Below are positions 14,001 through 26,235 of a stretch of DNA of 64,000 nt, one piece after another; within the stretch, counting starts at the first letter, position 1, and each line of letters starts with the position of its first letter. Source of the DNA: Macrostomum lignano (taxonomy: Eukaryota); the NCBI GenBank assembly GCA_002269645.1, contig NIVC01000254.1, positions 186,001 to 250,000 of the forward strand, read 5' to 3'. The translations under genes were made by a program, and so were the position numbers. The notes below the pieces were generated by a model. That model worked only from the letters and a program-made list of their open reading frames with translations, did no database searches and had not been told where the DNA came from.

Positions 14001-17000
14001 CACCAGGGGCTTTAGCACCAGGGGCTTTAGCACCAGGGGCGCCAGCACCAGGGACTTTAGCACCAGGGGCTTTAGCACCAGGGGCTTTAGCACCAGGGGC
14101 TTTAGCACCAGGGGCGCCAGCACCAGGGACTTTAGCACCAGGGGCTTTAGCACCAGGGGCTTTAGCACCAGGGGCCTTAGCACCAGGGGCTTTAGCACCA
14201 GGGGCTTTAGCACCAGGGGCTTTAGCACCAGGGGCTTTAGCACCAGGGGCTTTAGCACCAGGGGCTTTAGCACCAGGGGCTTTAGCACCAGGGGCTTTAG
14301 CACCAGGGACTTCAGCACCAGGGGCGCCAGCACCAGGGGCTTTAGCACCAGGGACTTTAGCACCAGGGGCTTTAGCACCAGGGACTTTAGCACCAGGGGC
14401 GCCAGCACCAGGGGCGCCAGCACCAGGGGCGCCAGCACCAGGGGCGCCAGCACCAGGGGCGCCAGCACCAGGGACTTTAGCACCAGGGGCGCCAGCACCA
14501 GGGGCGCCAGCACCAGGGGCGCCAGCACCAGGGGCGCCAGCACCAGGGGCGCCAGCACCAGGGGCGCCAGCACCAGGGGCGCCAGCACCAGGGGCGCCAG
14601 CACCAGGGGCGCCAGCACCAGGGGCGCCAGCACCAGGGGCGCCAGCACCAGGGGCGCCAGCACCAGGGGCGCCAGCACCAGGGGCGCCAGCACCAGGGGC
14701 GCCAGCACCAGGGGCGCCAGCACCAGGGGCGCCAGCACCAGGGGCGCCAGCACCAGGGGCGCCAGCACCAGGGGCGCCAGCACCAGGGGCGCCAGCACCA
14801 GGGGCGCCAGCACCAGGGGCGCCAGCACCAGGGGCGCCAGCACCAGGGGCGCCAGCACCAGGGGCTTTAGCACCAGGGGCTTTAGCACCAGGGGCTTTAG
14901 CACCAGGGGCTTTAGCACCAGGGGCTTCAGCACCAGGGATATTGTTCCAGTAGGGTCGGGAGTCCGACGCTCCAACCACTTGGCTGCAACCCCCTAGGCT
15001 TCTGAAGTACTAATAAAAATAAACGAAAATGAAACTCACTTCTCATACCAACCCACTTTGACTAGGGACTGCTTCATATTGGTTGGAAACTCCGAGAATG
15101 CTTCAACTGCAGTCTGCAGACTGACCATGGCGGTGTGCAGCATCTCCTTGGTGCGCAGGAACGGATGCAGACGGAGAATCTCCTGAGCCTCTGGGCTGAG
15201 CGTCATCTCTTTCTTAGCCTTGTAGTAGGACAGCTGGAAGTTCAGCTCATCGCTTTGGGAGTCTTGGGCCAAGCTGCTGGCGATGTCTGAGAATGTCATC
15301 ATGCGCTGTTGGTTCTTGCGAGTCTGCTCTCTGCAAAGATGTTTAGTTCCAATTGAAATTCGCCCTATTTATGAGTGCCTAGCAACCAGTTTTGTCTGAT
15401 CAGTTCTATATTCGCCAAATTTTTTTCACGGAAAGTCAAGACAAGGTTGAGACGAATTAACAAATAGGCAGATACAACATGTAGGTAAAATTTACTGATT
15501 CATATCCAGGGGCGTCGCCATGGATTTTATGGTGGGGGACTAAGCCAAGAATTCTACATGTACATGACTAAATTTCTACATGTACATTATTTTCTGAATC
15601 GGTGTTGTCGGCGATCATTTTAGCGCCGCAGGAACTCATTTTAGCGCCGCAGGTACTCATTTTAGCGCCGCAGGCACTCATTTTAGCGCCGCAGGCACTC
15701 ATTTTAGCTCCGCAGGCACTCATTTTGGCTCCGCAGGCACTCATTTTAGCACCGCAGGCACTCATTTTAGCGCCGCAGGCACTCTTTTTCGCACCGCAGG
15801 CACTCATTTTGGCTCCGCAGGCACTCATTTTAGCACCGCAGGCACTCATTTTGGCTCCGCAGGCACTCATTTTAGCACCGCAGGCACTCATTTTAGCGCC
15901 GCAGGCACTCATTTTAGCTCCGCAGGCACTCATTTTGGCTCCGCAGGCACTCATTTTAGCACCGCAGGCACTCATTTTAGCGCTGCAGGCACTCATTTTA
16001 GCGCCGCAGGCACTCATTTTAGCGCCGCAGGCACTCATTTTAGCACCGCAGGCACTCATTTTAGCACCGCAGGCACTCATTTTAGCACCGCTGGCACTCA
16101 TTTTAGCACCGCAGGCACTCATTTTAGCACCGCAGGCACCCATTTTAGCGCCGCTGGCACTCATTTTAGCACCGCAGGCACCCATTTTAGCGCCGCTGGC
16201 ACTCATTTTAGCACCGCAGGCACTCATTTTAGCACCGCAGGCACCCATTTTAGCGCCGCAGGCACTCATAAGAGAATACCATCATGGTCACTGATCTACT
16301 CACTCCTTTGTTGTGCAAGCCTTGATGAGAAGGTTCACCGTCTTCACTGCTCGTCGCATCCGGTTCAGCGGCTGCAGAAAAGAGCAAATGCCGAATTTCA
16401 AACTGCTACGCGGATTCAGAATCGCTGTGCAACAAAAACTTACCGTCATGTTTTTGTACTTCTTCTTGTGCTGGTGCAGCTGCTTGGCCGCCTGTCGGAG
16501 CGACTCGCGCGACAAGTCGATTGGCGCGCCGAAGGCGGGAGCTCCAACATCGGCAGCGGAGTCCTGCCCGACTTCCTCTTCCTCATCTGGAGCCGGTTTG
16601 TCTTTCTCGCCCAGGAAGGAGAAAGTGGAAATCTCCGTGCCCTCATTGTCCTCGATTTTCCTTGTGAAATCCGCCATCGCCATCTTCAGCCCCGGCTTCT
16701 TGCCGCCGGCCGGACCTGCCGCCGCCTGCGGCTTCTCAACGCCCGCTCGCTGCGCGGTGACCATCTCCAAGCAGCTGCGGCAGCTGGAGCCGGAGTCCGA
16801 GTCTTCGGCGCCTTCATCCGTTGCCGCTGGTTTGCTCTCGGCTGCTTCAGCAGTGGGGGATGCCGCACTCGACTGCGGCTGGTCGGAGTTTCTGCGAGCT
16901 GCCGCTTTCTCGCTGGCGCTGACTTCGTCGCCGCTGTCAAGATCCTCGTCGCCGAATGAGGACCCGGAGATGTTGCCGCCGACGCCGCCACCTGTCACCG

Positions 17001-17589
17001 TCAGCAGCTGCATGCCGGTCGCGGAGCCCCTGGCTGCCGATGCGTTCGCCGTCTGCATTCTCAGTCGAGCTCTGGCGCTCTTGGCCTGGAAGTTTCGCGC
17101 TGCCCGGGCCGCCAGGATGCGCTGAAACTCCAGAGCCGACTGCGGACGCTGCTGCTGCAGAGGTCGCTGGAAGAACGGAGCCTCGGCCTCGGCTGTGGCC
17201 GCTCGCACCCGCTCGAGGCGTTGCAGCGTCTCCGAGCTGGTGACGAGTCGCGAGAACAGGCGTCCCTCGACGACACGCGCGCTCTGAGCCCGCTCGCGCG
17301 GGTCGCTCGGCTTGCCGTCTTCATTGTAGAAAATGGCCGGCGTGTCAGTTCTCGCAGCAGATGATGACGGCAGAAGAGGCGACTCTGCTCCGGACAATGT
17401 CGTGCGATGAACCAAAGCGGTGCGCGGCCGCCTCCTGCGAGTCTCGCCAGCTCCAACCAGATGATAGTCTTCATTGCCGCTGTCGTCGCTGCTAGAAACT
17501 CTGTTTGGTTTTGCTTGGCGGCGTTTGACAAACAGGCGTCGTTCGACGTGTCTTGGCCGACGACTGGCCCGCGTTGCGATGGCGCTCAT
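8047..17589 (-). CDS. Cyclic nucleotide-binding domain protein (CNBD2-like), 9 coding exons, about 827 aa
   Basis: Exons 17589-16444, 16371-16304, 15330-15040, 12760-12687, 12606-12521, 11753-11524, 10665-10341, 9308-9165, 8166-8047. All introns are GT-AG, phases are consistent and the total is 2484 nt. CNB motifs [36 protein letters not shown]; second CNB region ..[19 protein letters not shown] on the minus strand at 7820-7825. Confidence 0.85.
8385..8955 (+). repeat. 15-bp satellite array GGGGC(TTT/GCC)AGCACCA, in the last CNBD2-like intron
   Basis: About 38 direct tandem units. Confidence 0.95.
9410..10228. repeat. 23-bp minisatellite CAGTCTGAGTCATAGATTGTGTA
   Basis: Tandem units in the intron between exons 10341 and 9308; same family as 27055-27952. 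Confidence 0.95.
10925..11484 (+). repeat. 15/16-bp satellite array of the GCACCAGGGG family
   Basis: Tandem units with GCACCAAGGGG and GCACCAGTGG variants. Confidence 0.95.
11905..12420. mobile_element. MITE-like element carrying a 21-bp array CTCATTTTAGCGCCGCAGGCA (right end present)
   Basis: Array at about 12008-12292; ends in GTGGCAACACGCCCCTG (12404-12420); left portion homologous to about 15525-15615. Confidence 0.6.
12790..12973 (-). mobile_element. CORE-SINE body
   Basis: Minus strand TGTGTCCTCAAGCAGGTCACTTAACTCTGCATTGCTTCAGTTCACCCAGCTGTAAAATGGG resembles the MIR-type CORE domain (..CAAGTCACTTAAC..CAGTTTCC.CATCTGTAAAATGGG), compared from memory. Confidence 0.6.
13045..14938 (+). repeat. 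1.9-kb 15-bp satellite array with block structure of TTT and GCC variants
   Basis: About 125 units; source of the spurious 13320/13351 ORFs. Confidence 0.97.
14955..14994 (-). mobile_element. tRNA-derived SINE 5' head (A box only)
   Basis: GGGGGTTGCAGCCAAGTGGTTGGAGCGTCGGACTCCCGAC has an A-box and a D-arm-like and anticodon-arm-like layout; no B box follows. Confidence 0.45.
15507..16268. mobile_element. MITE-like element carrying the 21-bp array (left end present)
   Basis: Starts CAGGGGCGTCGCCA (15507-15520), an imperfect inverted match to the right end at 12404-12420; array at about 15615-16268. Confidence 0.6.
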
Positions 17590-18502
17590 TGCGGCTCGTT
17601 GTTGCTAGAGAGAGCAGAGCCAGGTAATTGTAGACAACAGCTCATAAAAAGCTCGTTGCCTGACCATCTTTTTATTAATTTCTCTATACGTTGCCTACTC
17701 ATGCCCCAACCCTTCCCTCTCCATCGCTTCGGTCTCAATTGCTTGTGCTGCAGTCTGTGGCTGTCTAAAATGCAACAAATGTTTTTCTGTTATTGTCTCT
17801 TTTCTTCTCTCCGGTAATTTTCTTGTGCGCAAGTAAGCGATCTAAATACTCGTAGCTTTGCTCCTTTAGACTGTGCCGGCAAGCCCGGGTTTACCTCAAT
17901 TTCCAACCCCTCTCTGCTCGGTGCTTTTTTTCTAAATAGAAATTAACCAACTCAACCCGTACTCAACTTTGAAGCACCGGCGGCGGGGTGATGTGGCGCT
18001 CACTATTCTAGCATTCCTAAAGCGTAGCAACGAGATGAATATGTTAGTATGAGCCTATTGTCTCACTATTGCCATGCATTTGCTGAAAAACATCTCCATT
18101 TTACTACTTCAATAACCCTTTGAAAAGTAGTATAATGAAAAAACGTTTTTAGCTACGATTCTACTACTAATTATAACTGCATGCGTTGTCAATGGCAACC
18201 GTTGCACCTGCTTTCAATTTAATTGCTGCTGGCTTCCAGAAGCAGAGACAGAGACAGCAATGTCACTTCAGCTGGCCTGACTCATGAGAGGTTCTCAGAG
18301 CATTTTAATTTACTCATATAAACTCTTTAATAATAACCGGTTCAGGAAAAGTTCCTTATTGAGCTGGGCCAGAAATTTTTGTCTTATCTATAGATTGACT
18401 GGTGCAAAATGCAGGAAATTAGTCTGACCCTTCTAATACTTCTTACACGTACCTTAAATGTCAGTGAACACATAATGCTACATGTTATTCCCGTCCCATC
18501 CA

Positions 18503-18835
18503 TCAGTGGGTACCTGACTCCCCAACACTCAGTGGGTACCTGACTCCCCAACACTCAGTGGGTACCTGACTCCCCAACACTCAGTAGGTACCTGACTCCC
18601 CAACACTCAGTGGGTACCTGACTCCCCAACACTCAGTAGGTACCTGATTCCCCAACACTCAGTGGGTACCTGACTCCACAACACTCAGTGGGTACCTGAC
18701 TCCACAACACTCAGTGGGTACCTGACTCCACAACACTCAGTGGGTACCTGACTTCCAACCATCAGTGGGTACCTGACTCCCCAACACTCAGTGGGTACCT
18801 GACTTCCAACCATCAGTGGGTACCTGACTTCCAGT
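18503..18835. repeat. 26-bp minisatellite CAGTGGGTACCTGACTCCCCAACACT
   Basis: About 12 tandem units. Confidence 0.9.
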
Positions 18836-19209
18836 GACACCTCTACAGTAACCTTCCTTGCTCACCAAAGAAGGTTGCAATGCATTTGAAAATTTATTAA
18901 CCTCAATATAAAATCATGGGATTTAGCTCACTCTATATCTTTCTGTCTATGCGTAACCCTGAAACTCAAAAAAATCAAAATAGACTTTGTAAATCAAACA
19001 CAGACAGGTAGTCCATTAAGCGATCCCCAGGGGCTTAAAGGGCTTGACTTTTTCACCATTCTGTAGTTGGGCATTACCACTCACTACAACTGACGGAGTA
19101 ATTTTAGACTCAATTATATATATAGCTAGACATTGTCTTTGAGAACCGATTCAAGCTACAGATCAAGACTGTCTAACCTGGCAGATTTTACAGGTCTCTC
19201 TTAACAGAC

Positions 19210-20689
19210 ATGACACTTCCTCGAAGGCGATGCAGCAGGGCCTCTCGAGCCAGCCTTCGCAGCGCCGCAAAGGCCGCGGCAATGGCCCTGAACACCACTG
19301 CGGCGTTCTTTGCCGTGGTGGTTCTGTCAGCTGGTGCCCTGGTTGGCAGCTCGGATCCCAGCACAGTGACGGCGCACATCTGGACGAAGGTGAAGCAGCT
19401 GCCGAAGTGAGTTGACTGGGAGTGAGAACAGGTGACAACTCGGGTTTAAGAAGCTCCAGAGAGTGACAACTCGGGTTTAAGAAGCTCCAGAGAGTGACAA
19501 CTCGAGTGTAAGAAGCTCCAGAGAGTGCTAACTTGGGTTTAAGAATCTCCAGAGAGTGCCAACTTGGGTTTAAGAGGCTCCAGAGTGTTTCAACTCGGGT
19601 TTAAGGGGCTCCAGAGAGTGACAACTCGGGTTTAAGAAGCTTCAGCGAGTGACAACTCGGGTTTAAGAGGCTCCAGAGAGTGACAACTCGGGTTTAAGAA
19701 GCTTCAGAGAGTGACAACTCGGGTTTAAGAAGCTTCAGAGAGTGACAACTCGGGTTTAAGAAGCTTCAGAGAGTGACAACTCGGGTTTAAGAGGCTCCAG
19801 AGAGTGACAACTCGGGTTTAAGAAGCTTCAGAGAGTGAAAACTCGGTTTGAGAAGCTGAGGAAGTGACTAAGCAAGGGTTCAAGACTCTGGGAGTACCGA
19901 ATTGGGTTTTAAAAACTCATGGGTGGATGAGTTATTAAAATGTTCAAAAATTGCCGCTAAAAGCCGGCTCCATTAAACGAATTCCTTCATCACACCAACA
20001 GATACTCGGTCTACAGCGGACTGCACTTCACCGCCGACACAGCCTATCACACCTGCTTCTCCCTGCCGGCCAACAGCCTCGCCCTATTGGGCTTCGGCGG
20101 CCTCGTGCTGTCCTGCTCGGCGGTGGCCGCGGCCGCTTGCGGAAGTCGTCGAGCTCTGCAAGCTCACTCGCTGGCCTCAGCTGTCTGCCTGCTGGCTCTG
20201 CTGGGCCTTCTCGTTGCTTTATTCGCCACAGACTTGCAGAGTCGAGCTCGGAGCAGCTTGCAAATCGAGGTGCTCAGTTGGACAGCCGCTTACACGGCTG
20301 GCGGATCGTCTGCAGTCGTCAACTCCACGACCGCGCCATTCGGCAGCGCCCTGCTGGACTATCTGCAGATGACTCAGAAGTGCTGCGGGTGGACCAACCA
20401 TTCAGACTATCCAGCTAGCGTTGTTGTGCCCGTTACCTGCTGCCAGCTCGATCTGGACCTGATGATACCTACTACGGTTGCCTGTCAGCTCGGCACCAAT
20501 TCTACTCACGGCTGGTACAATACCGGCTGCAGTAAGCTGTTTGACGATCTGCTGGTTCGGTACCTACCGCAGGCGGTCGCCGCTGCCGCCATGCTGCTGA
20601 TATCCTCGTTGCTGGTTGGCCTCATGGCCTGCCTGACGGTGGCTAGTCGGGACTTTGTGCGAGAGCTTCGCGAGGCGGCACTGGAGTGA
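19210..20689 (+). CDS. Tetraspanin-family protein, 2 exons, about 294 aa
   Basis: Exons 19210-19406 and 20002-20689 (GT-AG, phase 2, 885 nt). Four hydrophobic segments; EC2 loop with QKCCGW, PVTCC and a terminal GC. Confidence 0.85.
19432..19860. repeat. 31-bp minisatellite CGGGTTTAAGAAGCTCCAGAGAGTGACAACT, in the tetraspanin intron
   Basis: About 14 tandem units. Confidence 0.9.
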
Positions 20690-20849
20690 AGAGGACTGTC
20701 CAGTTACAGACACAGATGCTGTAGATGGAGACAGAGAATTCACTTGGTAGCGGAACCCAGACTTTTATATAAATGCTGAACTGCAGTGAACGACTCATTG
20801 TAGATTTATAGGTGATAGCGTCACTGCGTGACTAATTGTTGATGACCAG

Positions 20850-21375
20850 GTAATCATGTGTCTTATTATAGATCACATGTGATCGTGCACATTGTGAATC
20901 ACATGTGATCACGTGACTCATTGTGGATCACATAGGATCGTGCGTGACTCATTGTGGATCACATAGGATCGTGCGTGACTCATTGTGGATCACATAGGAT
21001 CGTGCGTGACTCATTGTGGATCACATAGGATCGTGCGTGACTCATTGTGGATCACATAGGATCGTGCGTGACTCATTGTGGATCACATAGGATCGTGCGT
21101 GACTCATTGTGGATCACATAGGATCGTTGTGGCTCATTGTAAATCACAGGTGATCATGTGACTCATTATTGGTCACAGCTAGATAATCGTGACACATTGT
21201 GAATCATAGGTGATCATATGACTCATTGTGGATCACATGTGATCTTGCATGACTCATTGTGGATCACATGTGATCATACTTGGCTCACTGTGAATCAGAT
21301 TAGGACCGTGTGTGACTCACTATGAATCACATAGGATCATGCATGACTCATTGTGGATCACAGGTGGATCATGCG
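20850..21375. repeat. 31-bp minisatellite TGCGTGACTCATTGTGGATCACATAGGATCG
   Basis: Perfect core units at 20925-21125 with degenerate flanking units. Confidence 0.9.
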
Positions 21376-22121
21376 ACTAATGATAGATGACAGTCTATAA
21401 CAAATCGGGCTCGCGAAAATTTATAGAAAACATGTGTTAAATTGATGTGTCATAAAATTTGATATTTTTTGTTTCTTGCAACTCTAATTTTATTACTTTG
21501 TATGAAATTTGTAAATCGCTGGCCCACAAATTCAAGCTAAATTTTCTGACGATGCTACTTATACTAAATATAATAGTAGCATTGTAAATACATTCAAAAC
21601 TGTATTCCTCATAAAAAATCTTACAAAACTATCGGCTTTGCTCGCCCAGCCTTTTCAAACCTTTATCTTCGAGTTTGAAACAAAACGCAAGTGCCAACGG
21701 AGTACTATCTAAGTTCGAGTGTACTAAACCAAAGTTCTCCCACAATCTTACTCAAAATACGCGGCCACTAGCTTGAGCATTGCTCAAGTAAAAAGATAGA
21801 AAGTCAAATCGAAGCGAGTGTGTGCTTCTATTAAATTAATGCAATTCCAACCAACTATATGCGGCATTTATCGAGCAAAAGAACTGCAGAATTTCCAAAC
21901 ACCAATATTTTCACAAATAAGAAATAATTCATTGCGCCATTCAGCATTGAAGCGAATAGATAGATTGGTTATTAATGTGATAAAACAATGAAAAAATGTA
22001 CTATGAAGCGAAATAGACTTGATCAGTTACTCGGGAGAACTACAATACAGATAGTATGAAGGCCACGGTTAATGTGCGGTCAAGATATTGAATTCGCAAT
22101 CCGTAAAGATTGATTACTGAC

Positions 22122-23507
22122 TCAAGCGGTCTCAGTAACGGCCTGAGCAGCAGCAACTAGATCAGCCTCCTTCTTGGTTTCCTGATGATGCTGACAGCAG
22201 GCCGTCTTCAGCTTGTCTTTTATACCACGGACCAGATCCTCCTCCTCAGTGGTGGTCTCATGCGCGTGCTGCACCAGCATCTCGTTGCCGCGGGTGACGC
22301 CCCAGTTGTCCGGCTTGCTCATGGCGGACGAGTACGGCCGACCGCTGGCCGGGTTGAGGTTCTCCCAGTACTCGCGGTTGGCCCGGGCTCGAACCCACGG
22401 CTTCGTGTGCATCTTGAGGCCGCCGCCCCAGACAACGTGCTTCTCAGAGCCGGCTGGGAATCGCCCCCGCTCGGCGGCGAGCTCCTCTGCAACGGCGCGG
22501 ATGTGGTAGGGCTCGAAGCCGCAGCAGCCGCCGATGAAGCGGACGCCAAGGTCGTAGGCCTCCCTGGCGTAGCGGTGCATGTCCCAGCGGTTGCAGATCC
22601 TACTCTCCAGAGCGAATGGGAACTCGGGCAGGTCGATGAAGCCCTGCTTCCCAGCATCCGGAGTCATGTAGGCCAACGGCTGGCACATCAGGTAGGCCTT
22701 GAGATTCTCGCGTTCCAGAGCTTCCTTCATCAGCTTGATCGCTTCCAGGCTGACGAACGGATCGTAGTGGCAGTTGACGCCCACGATTTTGGCACCAGCG
22801 CGAGCCATACGGATGGCACAGTGGCCCGCGGAGTTGCCGTGCATGTCGCCTTGCGGTCCGATGCACATGCTGCAGGCCACGGGCATTCCGGTCTCCAGCC
22901 CGACCTCGATGGCCCACTCCGCCTCTTCGACGTGCTCAAAGTACTCACACAGAATGAAGTCGACGCCTTCGTCTTTGAAAGCGCGCATCTGGCCTCGGAA
23001 AATCTCCTTGGTGTCCTCCTTGCTGGCGCCGCTCAGGTAGGTCGGGGTCTGGCAGACACCGCCGAGGAACAGGGCGCCGCCCTCCTGGGCCACCTCGCGG
23101 GCCACCCGACAAGCGGCAGCGTTGATGTTTGTGCACTGGCAAAATTAAAAATGAAATTTCGGTATTCCAACGCTCACGAGAGGATTGCTGAGATGGCAAG
23201 GTTCAAGTGGGATGCTGGTGTCTTCTGCACTTACCCCGTACTTCTGCGATGCAGTGTTGCCCCGATTAGAAAGCTTGTCATCGCTGGCGTAGAAGGTGAA
23301 CGCCTGCATCACATCAGAGCCGGCTCTGAGAAACTCGCGATGAAGCTGACGCACAGCTTCCGGATGCTCGACAACCGCTTCCGGTGTCCACGGCCCCGCC
23401 TTGACGTAGCCGCGCTTCTCCAGGGCGAACACGAAGCCGCCGTCTCCGATGACAACCTCGCCGTTGTCAAGCCGCTCCATAATGCCGCGTCGCTCGATGG
23501 TGCCCAT
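22122..23507 (-). CDS. BHMT: Betaine-homocysteine S-methyltransferase, copy 1 (2 exons, 428 aa)
   Basis: Exons 23507-23235 and 23135-22122 with a 99-bp GT-AG intron. Motifs [33 protein letters not shown], Zn ligands GVNC and [25 protein letters not shown]. Confidence 0.97.
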
Positions 23508-23615
23508 GGCTGCCGTTGGTAGAATTCCGCTAGAGAATGCTTCGTGGAAATGGGAAATTGCTTCTTCTTTCCAAGTTTTTGGTTATGGAATTTTTAGAGC
23601 GCGTTGGAATTTTCC

Positions 23616-23623
23616 TATTTATA
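23616..23623 (-). promoter_or_regulatory. TATA box of BHMT-1
   Basis: TATAAATA on the minus strand about 110 nt upstream of the ATG. Confidence 0.6.
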
Positions 23624-24101
23624 GACGCGGTCATTTCCGGCGACCTTGGCGGCTGGGGGTGGGGAAACCCCCGATTAAAAGCCGGTTTTTGCCGAAACCG
23701 GTCCAGTGACATTCCAGACCGGCAACCGGTTTTGCCTTTCCAGGACGATCTGATAATTATTGCGAAATCGCGTGCACCAAGGTCGCAGATGCGTTGCTGT
23801 TTTTGTCACACCGCCCGGTTGGGTTGGGCAGGCGTTCTGGATTGGCCAGCTATTTCTATTGAGAAAAGGCTCAGGCGGAGAGGTCACGAGGGTCACGTGA
23901 TTGCAAGAGGCAGCTAAAATCGAGGGGTGGAGCTCGGAAGAGGCGAAACTTGAAGTTGCAAATAAAGTTCTGTCGGATTGTTAATTCAGACAGTAGAAAA
24001 TGTCACGTGACCTAATGTACGTTGAAATAGGCTACGCCCTTATCAGCAGTTTCTTGTCTCTCGAACAGTAACTTAGTTTATTTGTCAACAAAGGTAGTTA
24101 A

Positions 24102-24119
24102 ACCTGGTTAGAACCAGTT
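24102..24119. promoter_or_regulatory. CNRG-N6-CNRG (Grainyhead/CP2-type) double site upstream of BHMT-1
   Basis: ACCTGGTTAGAACCAGTT: CTGG (24104-24107), 6 nt, CCAG (24114-24117). A single AACCGGTT also lies at 23724-23731. Confidence 0.5.
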
Positions 24120-24499
24120 AAAGCCACTTGTGTTCTCGCAATTACGAAACTTTTGCTAAATTGGAATTTTCCTTAAAACATAAAATATCATTTTCATTCA
24201 ACTGGAAAATCTACCGAGGTTAGAAAATTCCGCTTGAATTGTTTTCTTCTATAGGAATTTTCTGCAGGCTTCATCTGAGCCTGTCCTGCAGCCCAATAAA
24301 TAGGTCAAGATGCTTAGTTGTTCGAAGATTAACAAATCTTTAGCTTGGGCGACTAAGGCTGGAAGATTAACATCTTCTTGGCCTGCATCTGTCAGGTGAG
24401 AATATTGAGAATTATGAACTTCGATTTTATGCCTCTCTTTTAAAGTTTGTGTCATAAATTTGTAGTTAGGGTAGTGTGCAGCAGTGTGTTTCAGAGCCA

Positions 24500-25085
24500 C
24501 TCATCACGGTGACCCCATGATGGTGACCCGTCACGTTGACTCCCTCGCGGTGACTCAATCACAGTGGTTTTATCACGGGGACTCCCATCATGTTGACTCA
24601 ATCACGGTGAGTCTATGATGTTGACCCATTCACGGTGACTCCATCACGGTGACTCCATCATGGTGACTCCATCACGGTGACTCCATCACGGTGACTCCAT
24701 CACCTTGACTCAATCACGGTGACTCATTCACGGTGACTCCATCTCCTTGACTCAATCACGGTGACTCATTCACGGTGACTCCATCACCTTGACTCAATCA
24801 CGGTGACTCAATCTCGGTGTTTCAATCACAGTGACTCCAAGATGTTGACCCATCACGGTGACTTCATCACGGTGACTCCATCACGGTGACTCCATCACGG
24901 TGACTCCATCACGGTGACTCCATCACAATGACTCCATCACGGTGACTCCATCACAATGACTCCATCACGGTGACTTCATCACGGTGACTTCCATCACAAT
25001 GACTTCATCACGGTGACTCCATCACGGTGACTCCATCACGGTGACTTCCATCACGGCGACTCCATCATTTTGACCCAATCACGGC
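24500..25085. repeat. 14-bp minisatellite TGACTCCATCACGG
   Basis: Degenerate tandem units in the BHMT-1/DMGDH intergenic region. Confidence 0.9.
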
Positions 25086-25339
25086 ACCTCAGCACTACTA
25101 CATGAACCTGTAGTTTGAGATGAGAACCATACACAATTCATTGAAATTTCATTGCCTATTAATTTTATGAACAGAAATTGAAAATGATTACAGGTGAAAT
25201 ATTCTTTTCAAAAGGTGAATTAGGTAAACAGAGACGCCACCTCATTCTGTTTGGCGCCTTCCATTTCAGCCTGTTTGCAATGCATTGAGTCATTCGGTGC
25301 CCCTTGAGTCATTTGGCGCTTTTAGGGGTTGGCGTCCCC

Positions 25340-26235
25340 AATGAATCCGCCATTTGGCGCCCCCCATCGTATATTTTTGGCGCCCCTATTGGATCTATTT
25401 GGCGCCCCTATTGGATCTATTTGGCGCCTCTATTGGATCTATTTGGTGCCTCCATTGGATCAATTTGGCGCCCCCATTGGATCTATTTGGCACCCCTATT
25501 GGATCTATTTGGCGCCCATATTGAACCTATTTGGCGCCACCATTTGATCTATTTGGCGCCCCCATTGAATCTATTTGGCGCCCCCATTGGATCTATTTGG
25601 CGCCCATATTGAATCTATTTGGCGCCACCATTTGATCTATTTGGCGCCCCCATTGGATCAATTTGGCGCCCCTATTGGATCTATTTGGCGCCCCCATTGG
25701 ATCTATTTGGCGCCCCCATTGAATCAATTTCGTGCCCCTATTGGATCTATTTGGCGCCCCCATTGGATCTATTTGGCGCCCCCATTGGATCTATTTGACG
25801 CCCCCATTGCATCAATTTGGCGCCCCTATTGAATCTATTTGGCGCCCCCATTGAGTCAATTTGGCGCCCCTATTGGATCTATTTGGCGCCCCCATTGAGT
25901 CAATTTGGCGCCCCTATTGGATCTATTTGGCGCCCCCATTGAATCTATTTGGCGCCCCCATTGGATCTATTTGGCGCCCCCATTGGATCTATTTGGCGCC
26001 CCCATTGGATCAATTTGGCGCCCCTATTGAATCTATTTGGCGCTCCTATTGGATCTATTTGGCGCCCCCATTGAATCTATTTGGCGCCCCCATTGGATCT
26101 ATTTGGCGCCCCCATTGGATCTATTTGGCGCCCCCATTGGATCAATTTGGCGCCCCTATTGAATCTATTTGGCGCTCCTATTGGATCTATTTGGCGCCCC
26201 CATTGAATCTATTTGGCGCCCCCATTGAATCTATT
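25340..26235. repeat. 22-bp minisatellite ATTTGGCGCCCCCATTGGATCT
   Basis: About 40 tandem units. Confidence 0.93.

Noticed and set aside
13320-14979. Collagen- or silk-like ORFs ([10 protein letters not shown] repeats; also 8213-9061, 8369-8980, 12920-13370)
   Set aside because: They are translations of a 15-bp intronic satellite that is open in several frames on both strands and lies inside introns of the CNBD2-like gene.
18503-21375. CRISPR-like arrays (26- and 31-bp repeats)
   Set aside because: The units are head-to-tail with no unique spacers, there are no cas genes, and the context is eukaryotic.
22185-23522. Long antisense ORFs over BHMT, DMGDH (33057-33782), CNBD2-like (16313-17125) and gag-pol
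   Set aside because: These are shadows of GC-rich coding strands.
24249-24500. 83-aa ORF between BHMT-1 and DMGDH
   Set aside because: Short, no ATG start, no splice support and no recognisable motif.
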